Shown piece by piece: positions 1 to 12,259 of a stretch of 64,000 nt of DNA (position 1 is the first letter of the stretch; the number at the start of each line of letters is the position of its first letter). The position numbers were made by a program, and so were the translations under genes. The stretch covers positions 59,086,001-59,150,000 of the forward strand of contig NC_135806.1 of the NCBI RefSeq assembly GCF_964213995.1, written 5' to 3'. The notes below the pieces were generated by a model. The model was not told where the DNA came from and made no database searches. It was given only the letters and a program-made list of their open reading frames with translations. This DNA comes from Mustelus asterias (Eukaryota).

Positions 1-715
1 ACTCTTGGTGATGGACATTAAAATCCTCCACCCAGAGTACATTTTGCACCCTTGCCACCCTCAGTGCTTCCTCCCAAGTAGTGTTCAAAATGGAAGTGTA
101 TTGATTCATTAGCTAAGGTGGGCTGGTACATATTAATCAGTAGGAGGTTTCCTTGCTCATGTTTGACTTGATGCAATGAGACTTCCTGGGGTCTGGGGTC
201 AATGTTGAGAACTCCCAGGGCAAATCTCCCCTGACTACATACCATTGTTCTGCAACATCTGCTCGGTCTGTCCTGCCAGTGGGACAGGGCATACCCAGGG
301 ATGGTGATGGTGTCTGGGACAATCTCTTTAAGGTATGTATCCATAAGTATGACTATGATTGGCTGTTCTTAACTAGTCTGTGAGACAGCTCTCCCAATTT
401 TGGGACAAGCCCCCCAGATATTAGTAAGGAGGAATTTTCAGGATCAACAGAGCTGAGTTTGCGATTGTCATTTCCAGCCCTTAGATCGATGCCAGATGGT
501 CCATCCAATTTCATTCCTTGTAGGCTTCATACTGGTTTGATACAACTGAGTAACTTCCTAGACCAATTCCAAGGACATTTAAGTGTCAACCACTTTGCTG
601 TGGACCTGGAGTCACATAGAGTCCAGACCAGGTATGAACGGCAGATTTCCTTCCCTAAAGGATATTAGTGAACCAGATGGGTTTTTATGACAATTAATAT
701 GATTTCATGGTCATA
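1..715 (-). mobile_element. 5' portion of a CR1-clade LINE: 5' region plus degenerate apurinic-like endonuclease (APE) N-terminus
   Basis: Minus-strand translation gives ..TNIWGLVPKLGELSHRLV.., then IVPDTITIPGYALSHWQDRPSR..GNLLLINMYQP (APE motifs, frameshifted). 530-715 matches the SINE body at 10520-10690. Confidence 0.75.
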
Positions 716-1289
716 TGTGCCATACATGTCCCTGTGGACCCTTGGAAAATACTGGTGACGTAGAACTTTCCCCTCTTCTTTGTTGAGGTAGGGTGGTGGT
801 TGGTGGGACAGAATCAGAAACACAATTCTTGTAATCATTTAAAATAAAGGGAGTTGGAGACTGTTTGTAATTCTTAATAGGCCAGAATCTTCCGGCAAAA
901 TAATGGTGAGTTTAGTATGATTTATCAATGTGTAAATCATCCAGCAACTTGCAAGTGTTAGATTTCCTGTCAGTTGCACATCACTGTAAAACAATTTGCA
1001 ATGCCCTGCCATTAGCCTTGGGAAAATGATAGTTCACCTTTAATCCCTAATTCTCCATTGGTTTCATGAAATTGTTGCCATTTGTGCTATAATTACAAAT
1101 TAAAATTTACCACAGTAAATTAGGGCTAATATTTAACAGCATAAGAATCTTATGCTGTTCCTGCAGCCTCTCTGGCTGACCAAGGCAACAATTGAAAGCT
1201 ATGGAGTCTCATACTTGCAGGTAGTACATTTTTCTTCGAGCTTTCTAAAAGCTAAACTTACATTGTTTTTTGTTTCCTGTCTGTGCCAA

Positions 1290-2450
1290 TCTCTATCTCT
1301 CTCAACTTCAGACATTGAAGGCCATGGAGCGAAGATCTCCAGAGGAGATGATGCCAGTGACAGGCTGGAGATGATGGCTTGATGTTAGATGGTGAGGTCA
1401 TGGTCCTGCGGAAGTAGGAGGAAGTGTTGGAGAGTTTGGCTTCTGCGAGGTAGACGTCACTATGCCAGACAGCAACAGCATCACTTTGACACCAGGTTTA
1501 ATGACAATGGGAGGGTTGGAACTGAGAGAATGAGTGCAGCAAGTTCAGAGGGTGATAGGTTAGAGTTAGTGAGCAGAGCAGAGAAATTGAGGTGGCCAAT
1601 ATCATGCAGTTTTCAGTTAAAAGATCTAGATAGGGTAAGAGGGCAGAGCAAGGACCAATGGAGGGAAATATTAGAGACAAATAAAAGTGTCCGCTAAATG
1701 GGGAAGACCAGGGTGGCTTCTGATGGAGTTCCAGAATGCCAGATACTCCGCTGCCAACGTCCATGCTGTCTCTCTCCCAGAATGTAGCCCCTTTAAGATT
1801 AAGAGACTGACTCTTTACTCTGTCCCCTGCAATGTAAATGGCAGCAGGGGTGGGGCCTTAGTAGAATCTTGTGACAGGGTGGCCTGCAGCTTCTCTCAGA
1901 GTGGGTTTGGTGGTGGCAGAGGTGGTGGTGGAATAGTGAATGAGGCTGAGGCCACGATTAAGGGATGGGCCAGGGGCTGAGACAGTTTTAGGCCACAGAT
2001 TCATCAGTCATGGTGGGCAAGTGTATTGAGTTCACCAGCTATAGAGGGAAATCACACACTGAAAATTAACTACTGTGGTTCTTAGAGGCATTTCAAAATA
2101 AAAAGTACCAGACATAAAGGGATCTGGTATCAGACAGGGGGTTAGACCTGCTGAAAATCAGACTGCATTTCAAAACTGGACCAATGAGCACCGTAGGGAA
2201 GACTACTGGCCAAAGAAGCAGATACAGAGGTGGAGGTGAAGGAAGAAGAGGTCAGGTTCATGCCAAGGTCAAAATTCAGTGAGGTGGGGGATTAGGGGAA
2301 TGAAGCTAAGGCCTTTGCTGGGGTCAGATCATTAGAATCAGAGAAGGACAGGTCAGAGGGTATCGGGAATAGACAGCAAGGGATGAGATTTGAAGAAAGG
2401 TGGTATCAGAGGGTAGGGAAGCATGGGGAAGGATAACAAGTTGTATTGGT
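1290..2450 (-). mobile_element. Degenerate L2-clade LINE fragments (endonuclease region and upstream)
   Basis: Purine-rich plus strand typical of antisense L2. A decayed ILGDFN-like motif lies near 1585-1610 on the minus strand. Many stops. Confidence 0.5.
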
Positions 2451-2456
2451 ATCCAT

Positions 2457-2658
2457 GGTCGAAATTTTCTGGCTATTCCTGCTGGTGGGATCTTCCAGTC
2501 CCGCTGACAGCAACCCCCGCCACAGCGGAGGGTGCGAACAATAGGGAAACCCACTGAGAGCAGCGGAACAGGAAGATCCTGCTGCCAACCAATGGCCGCC
2601 ACCTCTGTCACTGGAAAACATGCCGTGGAGGGACGGGAGGGATGGAAAATCCCTCCCG
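2457..2658. mobile_element. About 200-bp MITE (Harbinger-like non-autonomous element)
   Basis: Ends GGTCGAAATTTTC...GGAAAATCCCTCCCG. Internal inverted segment (GGGATCTTCC / GGAAGATCCT). Flanked by CAT at 2454-2456 and 2659-2661 (3-bp TSD). Confidence 0.65.
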
Positions 2659-2914
2659 CATGTTGTTACAGCTTGTGATCGTTCACACCTGAAAGGAAGA
2701 TGAAAAGATTTTTTTAAACTTCAAAGGATGAAATGAAACTGTAGATAGAGTCCTGTGTAAGAAAGAGGTCGAGAGTCTCCATGTGGCAGTTGAAGTTGGA
2801 TCTTAGGATGCAGCAAGAACAGCAGGTTGAGGAATTCGGAATATCTTGGAGATAGCTGTAATCATGGGTTGATCCAAAATACAAAGGGTAGAATTACAAA
2901 GTGTAGTCGTATTG

Positions 2915-3012
2915 AAGTTAACTCTGTTTCTCTCTCCACAGTTGTTGCCTGACTGGCTGAGTATTTCCAGCATTTTCTGGTTTTATTTCAGGTTTCAGCA
3001 GCTGCATTATTT
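2915..3012 (+). repeat. Short interspersed repeat, probably a Penelope-like element terminus
   Basis: CTCTCTCCACAG..GCCTGACTGGCTGAGTATTTCCAGCATTTTCTG..ATTTCAG resembles a common shark PLE terminal repeat. Recognised from memory. Confidence 0.4.
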
Positions 3013-3017
3013 TCTTT

Positions 3018-4055
3018 TTGGGGTATAAGGATGACTTTTCGGATTGGAGGCAGGTTGCTAGCGGAGTGCCACAGGGATCAGTGCTTGGTCCTCTGCTATT
3101 TGTGATTTTTATTAATGACTTAGAGGAGGGGGCTGAAGGGTGGATCAGTAAATTTGCTGATGACACCAAGATTGGTGGAGTCGTGGATGAGGTGGAGGGC
3201 TGTTGTAGGCTGCAAAGAGACATAGATAGGATGCAAAGTTGGGCTGAAAAATGGCAAATGGAGTTTAACCCTGATAAATGTGAGGTGATTCATTTTGGTA
3301 GGACTAATTTAAATGTGGATTACAGGGTCAAAGGTAGGGGTCTGAAGACTGTGGAGGAACAGAGAGATCTTGGGGTTCATATCCACAGATCTCTAAAGGT
3401 TGCCACTCAAGTGGATAGAGCTGTGAAGAAGGCCTATAGTGTGTTAGCTTTTATTAACAGGGGGTTGGAGTTTAAGAGCCGTGGGGTTATGCTGCAACTG
3501 TACAGGACCTTGGTGAGACCACATTTGGAATATTGTGTGCAGTTCTGGTCACCTCACTATAAGAAGGATGTGGAAGCGCTGGAAAGAGTGCAGAGGAGAT
3601 TTACCAGGATGTTGCCTGGTTTGGAGGGTAGGTCTTATGAGGAAAGGTTGAGGGAGCTAGGGCTGTTCTCTCTGGAGCAGAGGAGGCTGAGGGGAGATTT
3701 AATAGAGGTTTATAAAATGATGAAGGGGATAGATAGAGTGAACGTTCAAAGACTATTTCCTCGGGTGGATGGAGCTATTACAAGGGGGCATAACTATAGG
3801 GTTCGTGGTGGGAGATACAGGAAGGATATCAGAGGTAGGTTCTTTACGCAGAGAGTGGTTGGGGTGTGGAATGGACTGCCTGCAGTGATAGTGGAGTCAG
3901 ACACTTTAGGAACATTTAAGCAGTTATTGGATCGGCACATGGAGCACACCAGGATGATAGGGAGTGGGATAGCTTGATCTTGGTTTCAGATAAAGCTCAG
4001 CACAACATCGTGGGCCGAAGGGTCTGTTCTGTGCTGTACTGTTCTATGTTCTATG
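3018..4055 (+). mobile_element. Young 5'-truncated CR1 LINE with an open C-terminal half of the reverse transcriptase (ORF 3018-3977)
   Basis: [66 protein letters not shown]. 3' UTR ends in a GTTCTAT repeat tail. Confidence 0.97.
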
Positions 4056-4129
4056 CTACAGTGTGAAGCTGGCTGAGTGATGGGGGAGTGGTACATTGAG
4101 CAGTGTGGGTGATGGAGTGGGCGATGTGA

Positions 4130-4340
4130 TGTACTTACGCATTCACTCCCCTTCACCACCCAAGTGAGGATCATTAAACTTCGTTTGACACTGCAGCCAC
4201 GGCCTCTGCCCTTGCCATCTTCCGCCATTCCCTCCTAAGGCTCATTCATGAGGGCTTCCCATCCTCTTGGCCTTCACCTGACTGACCAGTGCCTCACTAC
4301 AGGACAGCATCACTCCAGCAGGGAGCCTTTTCCCCAGGGC
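4130..4340 (-). pseudogene. Harbinger Myb/SANT-like DNA-binding gene remnant
   Basis: Minus strand WLQCQTKFND-(frameshift)-LTWVVK matches the Myb/SANT helix-3 motif (QCxKKFNDL). Confidence 0.5.
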
Positions 4341-5739
4341 GGGGGGTGGCATCCTCCTTTCTCCTGAGTGCTCCAAGGTGATTATCCAGCAGACTGCAGT
4401 GCATTTCTGCAGCCACTCTTTTGCGGGGACTGTGCCTCTGAAAGGAGAAAGCTAGCTGGAGCATAAGGTTAGCTCAGAATGCTACTCGGCCCTGCCTGCC
4501 AGCAGCACCACAGAGATCAGTTCAGCATAGGAGCCATTCAGTGCTTTCCACTAATTTCACACCAGTGCAGACAGGACACAAACGATGACCGCAATAAAAT
4601 TGGGCTATCCAATTTCTATCCTTATTATCCTCTATTATTATCCTCTATTGCTTGTCTTTTTCCCTAAATAGTCATACAAATCTAGAGAAAGATGCAAGGG
4701 TATATTCTGTGAGGTTGCATCCCAGCATGAAGCCTTACTCAACATGAGCAAGAATCAAGAGTTCGGTGCTCCTGATCTTGCAGGACTTTTTTTTAATCAC
4801 CAGTAAATCAGGAATATTTTGAATTGGGTGGACTGACATCCATGTCTCAGTCTCTGATCCACATTGAGACACTCAAAAGGGGTGGAGGCAAAGCTATGGA
4901 AAATGTACCCTCTGATACTCATCTGTATACATGTGGAAATCACTTTTCATTCTACTTCAGCTAGAAATTCCATCACCATGATGGACAGGGACAGCAACTG
5001 TCATTCCGAGACTATGCTACAAGCACAAATTGTTTAATCACAGGTTCAATGCTTTTATTAAATTGATATGTGAAAATATACAAGGTGAGTTTTGACCAAG
5101 TTGAGTTCAATTCATTCAATTCTATTTTGACTCACTTCCGCATGTTGATCTTGATTATTCTTATATCAGATGTCTCAGGATATTACTACGACAAAGACAC
5201 CCCAAAACTTGCAACCTGATAGGCCTCAGCAGTGAGGGTTTGGGACCTTGAATGAGTGACTGAAGATGGGATCCATTCATTATCCTCTTCTATGAGCCTG
5301 GAAAATTTCAAAGCAGCCCGCTGAAAATGTTACTGCAACATTGGTTACATTTTGAGCTAAGACTGGGTGTGCAAATCTACCTCACTCTAGTGTTCTGACT
5401 CATCTTACTTGCATGCTTATAGGCACCAGATGTGTTTTATGAGCCAGGTTATAACTTACCTATAAATCCTCACCTGTGTAAACCTACAAAATCCCTCTGG
5501 GAATTCTCCCAAAATTGCTTGTTTCCAATTACCATTAGATGCCTTTTAAATTGCATCATTAACTTTTTTTTAGCTACTGTATGATTCTCTCTCAATGAAA
5601 CAACACACCTCCAGGTATTGGCAGTTCCACCAGAGATAAATATCGAATTGGTTGTGGTTTATACCCTTGGCCGTTAAGTGTGAGATGGATCTCTTCAAAT
5701 GATCATTCTTGCTAACCAGCCTCCCATCCATTGACATTG

Positions 5740-6090
5740 TCTACATTTCCCGCTGCCTCGGAAAAGCAGCCAGCATAATTAAGGACCCCACGCACCCCAG
5801 ACATACTCCCATCTTCTTCCGTCGGGAAAAAGATACAAAAGTCTGAGGTCACATACCAACTGACTCAAGAACAGCTTCTTTCCTGCTGCCATCAGACTTT
5901 TGAATGGTCCTACCTCGCACTAAGTTGATCTTTCTCTACACCCCAGCTATGACTGTAACACTACATTCTGCACTCTCTCGTTTCCTTCCCTACGTACGGT
6001 ATGCTTTGTCTGTATAGCGTGCAATAAACAATACTTTTCACTGTATACTAATACATGTGACAATAATAAATCAAATCAAACCAAATCAAA
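5740..6090 (+). mobile_element. 3' end of a Rex1/Babar-clade LINE
   Basis: Encodes ..IIKDPTHP..LPSGKRYKSLRSHTN*LKNSFFPAAIRLLN. Ends AATAATAAA followed by an (AAATC)n tail. Confidence 0.8.
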
Positions 6091-7089
6091 ATACCACCTG
6101 TCTATGTGGAAAAATGTTGAGGATTGTTTATCATATTGTTGGTATTCACCAAAGACTTCTCCTCAAAATATTTAATTACTGCAGGAAAATGCATCAACCT
6201 GCGAAAAGAAATGTTTAAGATGCCTCCCAAAGTGAGATGTCTACAGTATTTGGTATTTATACATAATTTATAGATTTAAGTACCCTGTCACCCACCATTA
6301 TTCCTGCACCATGGTAACAACATCATCCACAATGAATCATGATGGTCTTTGTACTTGACCTAAAATACCAGCTTGTTCCAGAGAATTATATGCTGACATT
6401 TTATTGCTGTCTCTGAGAGAATAAAAAACCTTATTTAGTCATAACTGCAATATAGGTTCCTGTTGGGGACCAGTTCATTTAATAGTACCTTCAGCTATCT
6501 GAACTGAATTTTGGCAGGCATTGCCTGCTGCTCTTCTCACATTTTGCTGAAATCTGCAAACCTCCGCAGTCATGGTTTAAAACTGTGCCAAAATGTCATT
6601 TGCACACCAGGTGATTGCTGTTTGTTTGCCAAGCTGCAGACTTAACAGCAAAAGCTAATAAGTGGAATTAACTGTATTCTACACAATGAAAAACATGTTT
6701 GCAGAAACACTGATTTAAGAACCTGAATGTCAGTAAATAAAGTATTTTCCTTTAATTTTGGTGTCATGTTTTGCTTTGCAATGCATTTCTTCTGCTATCT
6801 AAATTTCTCATACAAGGCCAAGTTCCTCCTGTATTTCTTATCTGCAGTTATACTCCCTCCAGCTCAATGTTATATAATAAAAATCTAGCTTTATGAAGTC
6901 AGCTCATCCATTTAATTTTCTCTTGGACTTGGCGAATATTCCCTTTAAAATAAGAACTATTTCTGATCTGAATTTCCACTCCGAATAAATGCAACCGTTG
7001 GCATTATCACTTCCAATGGTGTTAAAAAAAAAGAAATGTTTCAAATAATCAAAATTATAATGAACCAACGTTCCGCTTCATTGGTCTGC

Positions 7090-7995
7090 ATTTCAGGAAA
7101 TGTGTGGAGGATGGTGGAAATTTCGCAACTATTTTTAAGGAGCTGTCCAAAATGTCACACAGTGTGGCAAATTCATATTCAAAGAAAATTTCTGGAGCAT
7201 ATCTTTGGAAAGGAAGACAGAAGAAAACAGAACAAGAATAAAAGCCATCAATTAAGCAAAACATGCATGGTCCAAAGGTCATGAAAGATGAAGTAAGAAC
7301 AGCAATAAATACAATGCAAAACAAAAGGTCAAAGGCCCAGATGAAGTGGTCCCCAAACAAATTAAAAGTTTTGAAGACTTTGGAATAGACAAACTGACTC
7401 ATCTTTAATGCGTTTTATGACATGAGAGAAAATCCAGAAGACTTGGATTAATCAATATTTATTGTGCTCCCTAAAAACTCCAAAGCAACTGATTGTGAAC
7501 TCCATCGCACTCCATCCCTCAGTCTGATCAGTCAGGTTACTAAGATCCTTCTTCGAATACCGATGCATTGGGCCAGGAGCAAGATAATGCCAGAAATTTC
7601 AGCTCTTCAGTGCGGTTTTGTAGAAGATAGAGGAATGAGAAATGCTAGCTTTATGGTACTCATGCTATTATACAGAGCAATACAGAGACAAAGCTGTATT
7701 CATGTGTTTTATTGATTATAGGAAGGGATTTGATGAGGTAAAACATGAAGGACTGATGAACATGTCAGAGTCTCTTGACCTCGATGGCAAAGATGTCAGA
7801 ATGATAGGAAAGGTTCGTTGTGAACAAACTGCCATTGTAAAAGTTGAGAACTATCGGTAAAAGATTTGTGACGATTAATAGAGTGGTCAGACAGATTTAA
7901 TCTGTTCATATAATAAAATATTCTTAATATAAGATTTTCCTGGATTATTAATTTGAGATAACAACTTTAGTAATATAACGTACACTGATGACACT
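7090..7995 (+). mobile_element. Degenerate RTE-clade LINE (reverse transcriptase region)
   Basis: Frameshifted motifs LPKNSKATDCELHRT..SLISQVTKILLRI, QCGFVEDRGMRNA, FMCFIDYRKGFDEVKH, LDLDGKDVRMI and YTDDT near 7980. Confidence 0.85.
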
Positions 7996-8185
7996 AGGTG
8001 GAATTTTCCCCATATTTGGCTAATTCTGATAGCGGGCAGCAATGGCAGGTTCCCACGCTGTATTGTTGGGCACTTTGAAGAAACAAGTTCAGCCACAGGA
8101 TTCACACAAGCTCCATGTTGAGTGACCTCTGATTTGCTCAACCCACCATCACGAGTGCTTTAATCTTGGGGGTACGCCATTTAAA

Positions 8186-9487
8186 GAACATAAGAACACA
8201 AGAAATAGGAGCAGGAGTAGGCCATCTAGCCCCTCGAGCCTGCCCCGCCATTCAATAAGATCATGGCTGCTCTGAAGTGGATCAGTTCCACTTACCCGCC
8301 TGATCCCATAACCCCTAATTCCCTTACCGATCAGGAATTCATCTATCCGTGATTTAAACATATTCAACGAGGTAGCCTCCACCACTTCATTGGGCAGAGA
8401 ATTCCAGAGATTCACCACCCTCTGAGAGAAGAAGTTCCTCCTCAACTCTGTCCAAAACTGACCCCCCTTTATTTTGAGGCTGTGCCCTCTAGTTCTCGCT
8501 TCCTTTCTAAGTGGAAAGAATCTCTCCACCTCTACCCTATCCAGCCCCTTCATTATCTTATAGGTCTCTATAAGATCCCCCCTCAGCCTTCTAAATTCCA
8601 ACAAGTACAAACCCAATCTGCTCAGTCTCTCCTCATAATCAACACCCCTCATCTCTGGTTTCAACCTGGTGAACCTTTTCTGCACTCCCTCCAAGGCCAA
8701 TATATCCTTCCGCAAATAAGGGGACCAATACTGCACACAGTATTCCAGCTGCGGCCTCACCAATGCCCTGTACAGATGCAGCAAGACATCTCTGCTTTTA
8801 TATTCTATCCCCCTTGCGATATAGGCCAACATCCCATTTGCCTTCTTGATCACCTGTTGCACCTGCAGACTGGGTTTTTGCATCTCATGCGCAAGGACCC
8901 CCAGGTCCCTTTGCACAGTAGCATGTTGTAATTTTTTTCCATTTAGATAATAATCCAATTTGCTATTATTTCCTCCAAAGTGAATAACCTCGCATTTGTC
9001 AACGTTATACTCCATCTGCCAGATCCTCGCCCACTCACTCAGCCTGTCCAAATCTCTCTGCAGACCTTCTACGCCCTCCACACAATTCACTTTCCCACTT
9101 ATCTTTGTGTCGTCTGCAGACTTTGTTACCCTACACTCAGTCCCCTCCTCCAGGTCATCTATATAAATGGTAAATAGTTGAGGCCCCAGTACTGATCCCT
9201 GCGGCACGCCACTAGATAGCATCTGCCAACCAGAAAAACACCCATTTATTCCGACTCTCTGCTTCCTGTCGGATAGCCAATCCCCAATCCACGCTAACAC
9301 CCAACCCCCAACTCCGTGTGACCCAATCTTTTTCAGCAACCTTTTGTGAGGCACCTTATCAAACGCCTTTTGGAAATCCAAAAACACCGCATCCACCGGT
9401 TCCCCTCTGTCAACCGCACTAGTCACATCTTCATAAAAATCCAACAAGTTCGTCAAGCACGACTTTCCCCTCATGAATCCATGCTGC
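8186..9487 (-). mobile_element. Young 5'-truncated CR1 LINE with a long open RT frame (ORF 8149-9492)
   Basis: [46 protein letters not shown] (for FADD), LEYCVQYWSP. Tail reads AAGAACATAAGAACAC at 8186 on the plus strand. Confidence 0.97.
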
Positions 9488-9549
9488 CCCACCGCTCACC
9501 AGCCACTTTGTCTTGGTCCACGGCTACTAGTGGCTGCAAGTAAGTTTGT

Positions 9550-10095
9550 CCCAAGTTCTCCGGTGCCTCCTTCAACAGACTGCTGGATGCTGTGGAGGTG
9601 CAACATGATATCCTGTACCCTTGCATAGGGAGGAGACCAGCCAACAGGGACACCAACCCAACCATGGGAGGTGGTGGCAGAGTGGACAGCACCAATACAT
9701 TGCATAGGAGGGCAGGCATTCAGTGCTGGAAAAGGAGGAATGGTCTCCTCCATTCTGCCAAAGTAAGAGCCTCTTCCCATCACTCTCAAATTTCAGACTC
9801 ATGCATCACACATCACACTCATCACACATTAGAGGAATCTCACACACTGCCAGCTCAAGGGACATCACCACTTGCTCTCCCACACACATCTTCATCTCCA
9901 CCGCAGGTCATCTTATCATCATCTCACTACTCTCACTCACCATCCACACGTACCATGTAACTGCCCTGCCATGTGTCCCATTTACACACTCTCCATCTGT
10001 TTTCATGCAGGAGAAGTTTGCATATAAGAAGAGGGAGAGATCCCTGATGCGTGGAGCGATGCCTCAGTTGAAAGTCCTCTCTGACTTCAAGAACA
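9550..10095 (+). pseudogene. Harbinger Myb/SANT-like accessory gene remnant with a spliceosomal intron (9763-10010)
   Basis: Exon 1 PKFSGASFNRLLDAVEVQHDILYP..W(fs)..IQCWKRRNGLLHSAK|GTAAG. Acceptor TTTTCATGCAG|, then EKFAYKKRERSLMRGAMPQLKVLSDF. A TIR-like GGTGGAATTTTCCC lies at about 7997, on the other side of the CR1. Confidence 0.75.
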
Positions 10096-10444
10096 TCTAA
10101 TGGGTCAGAGCACTCTGCTCAGCCAGTGTGCCCTTGCTCAGTGCATTGCTATTTGTTGTAATTCAACACTGCTGGTGAGCGGTGTGGCGGCCTTTGAATG
10201 GCGACCCCCATGATTAAAGCACTCAGGTGATGGTGGGCTGAGCAAATCAGAGGCCACCCAACATTGTGTGAATCCTGTGGCTGAACTTGTTTCTTCAAAG
10301 TGCCTAACAATACAGCGTGGGAGCCCACCATTGCTGCCGATGGGCTAAACATCGCTTTTCCCAGCCCACTTTCAGAATTTGCCAAATGAGCCTTTTCTAA
10401 TTTCTCAGTGTAATCCTAAAGGAATGTGTACACACTAGATTTTT

Positions 10445-10818
10445 TTATGTTGATAGGATGTGAGGGTTGCTGGCAAGGCTAGCATTTGTTGCCCATCCCT
10501 ATTTGCCCTTGAACTGCATGGTTTGCTGGGCCATTTCAGAGAGCACTTAAGAATCAACCACATTACTGTGGGTCTGGAGTTACATATAAGCCAGACCGGA
10601 TAAGGATGGCAGATTTCCTTCCCTAAAGGACATTAGTGAACCAAATGGACAACAATAGAGATTACAGTTTTATGATTTGCATCACTGACTAGCTTTCAAT
10701 CCTATATTTTATTAATTTACTTTAAATTCTACCTGCGGTAAGACTTGAACCTGTGTTCCCAGAGCATCAGACTGGGCCTCAGGCTGACTAGTCCGGTGAT
10801 ATCACTATGCCATCATCT
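10445..10818 (-). mobile_element. tRNA-headed SINE sharing its body and 3' tail with a CR1-clade LINE
   Basis: GGTTCAAG B-box-like motif near 10745-10752 (minus strand). Body matches 530-715. Tail is the reverse complement of the LINE 3' end at 31305-31365. Confidence 0.75.
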
Positions 10819-11475
10819 CCTTCATATAGGTACAAATTAGAACCTTCAGGTACTAATAAAACAGATAAAATTAGAGCAGCCACTCCCAATGATTTCACTA
10901 TAGGTGTCAATGTACAATGTGGGATCTTGTATTGCATTAGTAGGCTGTGAAATTCTGTGGAGTTCCTTGAAATGTTCAATGGTTTGATTGTTGTCTGCTT
11001 GATTATGTTTTTCTGTTTTCTGATCCTTTTAACTGTACTTGATTGCTTAAGCCTGTGGGTGGAGCTAGAGATTTAAAAAATCTGAGAATGTTCCAGGAAG
11101 ATTGAGGTTCCCTGTGGAAATCATATGTGTTGAATCTCCTGTAAGTTCTGAGATGTTTTAAGTTCTGTAAATAAACTGTTTGGATTGAGTACTAGATGCA
11201 ATCTTGCATTTTTGGAGATAAATTAGTTATACAGCAACCCGGTGAATATGTAATATTCCATAACTCTAACATGAGACTTATAGAATTTTAGGGTCAGAAT
11301 ATGCTATTTGCTTGTTCTAGAAATATAACTTGGGAGCTTTTTTAGGAGAATCTCATCATATTATCCCCTCTTAAAAATTATAATTAAAAATTCAAATAAC
11401 GATATCTTGCTGTTCTTTATCATCATAGCTGTAGGTGTATAATTTGTACTTTAAAGCCTTGAAAAATCCCACCAA

Positions 11476-11866
11476 GGGGCAGCACGGTGGCTAGGACGGC
11501 TGCCTCACAAAGCCAGGGACCCAGGTTGGGTTTCGGCCTTGGGTGACTGCCTGTGTGGAATTTGTACATTCTCCCCTTGTTTGCGTGGGTTTCCTCCGGG
11601 TGTTTCGGTTTCCTCCCACACTCCAAAGATGTGCAGGTTAGGTGAATTGACCATGCTAAATTGCCCCTTCGTGTTCCAAGATGTGTAGGTTAGGGGGATT
11701 AGTGGGATAAATATTGGGGTTATGAGGAACAGGTCTGGGTGGGAGTGCTCCTTAGTGTCAGGGGAATTATGTGGGGCTACAAGGATAGGGCCAAGGTGGG
11801 ATTGTTGTCAGTGCAGACCTGATGAGTCGAATGGCCTCATTCCGCACTGTAGGGATTCTATGATTC
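11476..11866 (+). mobile_element. HE1-type V-SINE
   Basis: GGGGCAGCACGGTGGC tRNA-like head, V-domain TGTGTGGAATTTGTACATTCTCCCC..GGTTTCCTCCCAC, CR1-like tail GGGATTCTATGATTC. Confidence 0.9.
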
Positions 11867-12259
11867 AAAATTGGGGTTGACTTGTATATCGAGTATAAAA
11901 GTGAATTGTGGGTGTGGGTGGTCACCATCTTTATCATTTACATGGTCTACTCTGTGCGGGCGTGTCTTAAACTTTTGCACATCTTTGCAACACAGCCCAT
12001 ATTGATTATAAGATACCAGTGAGTAAAACTTCCAGTTGTGGGTTGAAATAATGAGGTTGACTACTAATGCAAGTATAGCATATTGTGGTTGAAAGGGGGG
12101 GGGGGGGGGGGTGGGTGTGGGGGCGTTTGATTTATAAGCTGAGGAAATGCAAAAACGTGGTTTTTAGAGCAGAAAAAATGGACTTGACTTACTGCTGCGA
12201 TATTCAGTATTTGAGTTAGTTATTTGATTTTCCTTTTGCTAAATACTGAATGTTTGTGG

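Noticed and set aside
4660-5620. Several AG/GT-bounded short frames in unique-looking sequence
   Set aside because: No consistent reading frame or recognisable protein; cannot be supported as exons.
8149-8330. C-terminal extension of the 447-aa CR1 ORF
   Set aside because: Read-through into the 3' UTR and flank after a small frameshift or lost stop; not a fusion protein.
12093-12123. Poly-G run / G-quadruplex
   Set aside because: Simple homopolymer within a decayed repeat (possibly pogo-like, 11870-12200); no functional evidence.
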